Positions 61,424 to 64,000 of a stretch of DNA of 64,000 bases are shown here, in pieces. Position 1 is the stretch's first letter; each line of letters opens with the position of its first letter. Under the pieces are notes generated by a model. The model was not told the DNA's origin. It ran no database searches and worked only from the letters and a program-made list of their open reading frames with translations. A program made the translations under genes and the position numbers. The stretch is taken from positions 1-64,000 of the forward strand of contig CAWJSR010000028.1 in the NCBI GenBank assembly GCA_963845515.1. The letters run 5' to 3'. Source of the DNA: an uncultured delta proteobacterium. GTDB taxonomy: Bacteria > Myxococcota > Myxococcia > Myxococcales > Anaeromyxobacteraceae.

Positions 61424-62638
61424 ATGAGCGAAGGGGAATCCAGCGCGAGGAAGGGGCCGGAGGGGAGCAGGAAGAGGAGCGCCCGGATCGCGGCGGCCGA
61501 GAAGACGCTGGCGCGTCGCACTCGTGGACGGGCGAGCGAGGGGGCGTCGTTCCCGGCAGCTCCACCGCGAGCGGAGCTGCCGAGCGACTACGTCGAGACG
61601 CTCACCGAGATCAAGCGTCGCGTCCAGGAGGAGCGTCTCCGGGCAGTCCTGGCCGCCAACTCGGCCATGGTCCGCCTTTACTGGGACATCGGGCGGATGA
61701 TCCTGGAGAGGCAGGAGCGGGCGGGCTGGGGCGCGAAGGTGATCGATCGGCTCGCCGCGGACCTGCGCGAGGCGTATCCGGACATGAAGGGGTTCTCGCC
61801 GCGCAACCTCAAGTACATGAGGGCGTTCGCGGCAGCATGGCCCGACGCCGAAATCGTGCAACGGGTCGTTGCACGATTGCCCTGGCGGCAGAATATCGCC
61901 CTCCTCGAACGCGTCGACGACGAGAAGACGCGCCTCTGGTACGCGGACCAGACCGCTCGGCACGGCTGGTCCCAGCCGATCCTGTGCCTGCAGATCGACA
62001 ACCGCGCGTACGAGCGGCACGGCAAGGCCGTCAACAACTTCAAGGCGACCCTCCCGCCCGCCGACTCGGACATGGCCGAGCAGGTCTTCAAGGATCCGTA
62101 CCTCTTCGACTTCCTCGGGACGGCCGATCCACGCCGGGAGCGTGAGGTCGAGCAGGGACTGGTCGACCACGTCCAGCGCTTCCTCCTCGAGCTGGGCGCC
62201 GGCTTCGCTTTCGTGGGGCGGCAGGTGCTGCTCGAGGTCGGCGAGCAGGACTTCTACGTCGACCTGCTCTTCTACCACCTGAAGCTCCGCTGCTACGTGG
62301 TCATCGAGCTGAAGGCCGTCCCCTTCGACCCGGCCTTCGTCGGCCAGCTCAACCTCTACCTCTCGGCGGCCGACGACCTCCTCCGCCATGCCGACGACAA
62401 GCCCACCATCGGGCTTCTGCTCTGCCGCTCGAAGAACAAGATCGTCGTCGAGTACGCGCTTCGGCACCTCAAGCGGCCGATCGGCGTCTCCGAATGGGAG
62501 ACGCAGCTCGTAGAGAAGCTACCGAAGGAGCTCAAGGGCAGCTTGCCGACGGTGGAGGAGATCGAGGCGGAGCTGGGGGCGCGAGGAGGGGGGCAGCTGC
62601 ATTCCGGCGCGCGACGGCGATCGAGGGGCGTAGAGTAA
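61424..62638 (+). CDS. DUF1016 (YhcG) PD-(D/E)XK nuclease-domain protein
   Basis: LYWDIG, GWGAKVIDRLA.DL, GFSPRNLKYMR, KDPYLFDFL, FLLELGAGF.FVGRQ, DLLFYHLKLRCYVVIELK. Confidence 0.95.
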   Translation: MSEGESSARKGPEGSRKRSARIAAAEKTLARRTRGRASEGASFPAAPPRAELPSDYVETLTEIKRRVQEERLRAVLAANSAMVRLYWDIGRMILERQERAGWGAKVIDRLAADLREAYPDMKGFSPRNLKYMRAFAAAWPDAEIVQRVVARLPWRQNIALLERVDDEKTRLWYADQTARHGWSQPILCLQIDNRAYERHGKAVNNFKATLPPADSDMAEQVFKDPYLFDFLGTADPRREREVEQGLVDHVQRFLLELGAGFAFVGRQVLLEVGEQDFYVDLLFYHLKLRCYVVIELKAVPFDPAFVGQLNLYLSAADDLLRHADDKPTIGLLLCRSKNKIVVEYALRHLKRPIGVSEWETQLVEKLPKELKGSLPTVEEIEAELGARGGGQLHSGARRRSRGVE

Positions 62639-62664
62639 CGGGGCGTGGCCTGGGGGGGTGACGT

Positions 62665-62896
62665 GATGCTGACGGTTCCAGCAGTGAAGATTCAGCAGTT
62701 CAAGCAGGAGTTCTACCTGCTGAATCTCTCTGCGACGGATGTTCAACGCCTCGTGCGCTTCGAGGTATTGGGCGATGCGGGGCTCGACGGGGCTCATCGG
62801 GCGGCGCGGCGCGCCCGGCCGGCGCCGGTGAACTGGCAAACGCACACCTACATCCAATCGTGGTGTCGGCGATGCCGCGCCACGGCGTCTCGCTGA
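62665..62896 (+). pseudogene. Truncated remnant resembling the N-terminus of a DGQHR/DndB-like protein
   Basis: MLTVPAVKIQQFKQEFYLLNLSATDVQRLVRFEVLG...VNW resembles DGQHR-protein N-termini (from memory); no DGQHR motif present and the ORF stops after about 77 aa. Confidence 0.45.
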
Positions 62897-62925
62897 CCGA
62901 ACGCAGCACATCCCCTGAGGTGATC

Positions 62926-64000
62926 ATGGACAAGCTTACCCTGACGAAGCTGAAGGAAGCGATTACCGGTCCGTACGCCGCATTCCGCTCATTGACTCGT
63001 CTCGAGCCCGCGGGCGGGCCCTCGGACAAGCTGTTCCCGCCGACATTCGTGAAGGAGGGCAACAGCGAGACGAAGTATGCGATCGAGCGACGACGCATCG
63101 GCGGACGCGAGGTCAGCGTGGTGCTGCTCGACTCGGTTGCGTCGCAGGCGAACCGGATGGAGGAGGCGTTGCTAGCGGCATGGAGGAGCGGCGAGCTCGA
63201 CTTCCCGCTCGTCCAGGTGGACTTCTCGAAGCAGGAGGGGCTCGACGATCTCGAGCAGATCTCCGCCCTCCAGGCGCCCCACCGGATCGCGGACGCGATC
63301 CTTCGGGACAGCGTGCTCGGCGGAAAGCCGTTCCGCCACACCGCCGTGGGTACGGCATTCACCGAGTCGAGCCCGACCCGTGCGACCGGCATGTACCAAC
63401 ACTGTCCCACCGCGCTCGTCTTCGGCGTTTGGGACAGCACCGGTCCGAAAGGCGGGCTCGGCGCCAAGTTTCAGCGTTGTCTGACCTCAGAGATCATCGG
63501 ACTGGATGCCATCACGGGCGTGAAGACCGCGAGCAGGATCGACCCGCTCAGCATCGAGCGAAAGGCGGGGCCCGTTCTCCAGAAGAAGGGCGATCCGATG
63601 GAGTGGACCTTGGACGAGAAGGAGGCCGAGAAGGACAAGAGCGGCAAGCCGGTGCCGTTCAAGGGCGGCAAGGAGAAGGGACTTCCGTCAGCGATCAACC
63701 ACGGCAACATCCCTCCCAGCCTCGACTTCGAGGCGGGCGGAGTCACCATCTCCCAGGCCGTGCAGACGGTGGTGATGTCGCTCACCGGCCTCAGACGGCT
63801 CCGCTTCCCCACGGACACGCAAGGGAAGCCGTTCCCGGCCGAGGCGAGGGCTCTGGCGGAGCCCGCGGCGAGGACGGCGCTGGCGGCGCTGGGGCTCGCG
63901 GCAGTCGTCTACCAACGCGAGAACGGCTACGACCTTCGCTCCCGCTGCGTGCTCGTGGGCATGGAGCCCCTCTGCTTTGAGCTTCTTTCGAACGACGGTG
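62926..64000 (+). CDS. cas7: Type I-G (I-U) CRISPR backbone protein Cas7/Csb1 (runs off the window end)
   Basis: My translation: LEPAGGPSDKLFPPT, VLLDSVASQANRMEEAL, APHRIADAILRDS, PTALVFGVWDSTG, RIDPL, PSAINHGNIPP, GGVT, SL.GLRRLRF, DLRSRC, which are Csb1 (GSU0053) hallmarks; GAGGTG RBS. Confidence 0.93.
   Translation, partial: MDKLTLTKLKEAITGPYAAFRSLTRLEPAGGPSDKLFPPTFVKEGNSETKYAIERRRIGGREVSVVLLDSVASQANRMEEALLAAWRSGELDFPLVQVDFSKQEGLDDLEQISALQAPHRIADAILRDSVLGGKPFRHTAVGTAFTESSPTRATGMYQHCPTALVFGVWDSTGPKGGLGAKFQRCLTSEIIGLDAITGVKTASRIDPLSIERKAGPVLQKKGDPMEWTLDEKEAEKDKSGKPVPFKGGKEKGLPSAINHGNIPPSLDFEAGGVTISQAVQTVVMSLTGLRRLRFPTDTQGKPFPAEARALAEPAARTALAALGLAAVVYQRENGYDLRSRCVLVGMEPLCFELLSNDG

Noticed and set aside
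60251..64000. CRISPR array near cas7
   Set aside because: No regularly spaced direct repeats of about 30-37 nt were visible here or elsewhere in the window.

Overview
A very GC-rich bacterial chromosomal window. Gene content (multiheme cytochromes, TldD/E, TatT-TRAP, a recA promoter with a Myxococcus-type LexA box, CCCTCACCC...GGGGAGAGGG intergenic palindromes) suggests Myxococcota, probably Anaeromyxobacter-like (inference). About 56 CDS are supported. Housekeeping genes include recA, fmt, rsmB, rpe, kup, corA, an ABC-F ATPase and YqgE. Accessory genes include two tandem FN3 lipoproteins, an octaheme and a ~20-heme cytochrome c, a Fet-like metal-uptake operon with a degenerate FTR1-like domain fused to DUF2318, a TatT/TRAP transporter, a multicopper oxidase, an SQR-family oxidoreductase and a sphingomyelin-synthase-like protein. 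At least 11 genes are split by indels, suggesting long-read errors or decay. The main finding is at the right edge: an apparent defence island ordered WYL regulator, DUF1016 (YhcG) PD-(D/E)XK protein, truncated DGQHR/DndB-like remnant, then type I-G (I-U) cas7/csb1. The cas7 gene is missing from the ORF track because it runs off the window. No CRISPR array, tRNA, rRNA or transposase was seen. All family calls are from motif recognition by eye; no searches were run.
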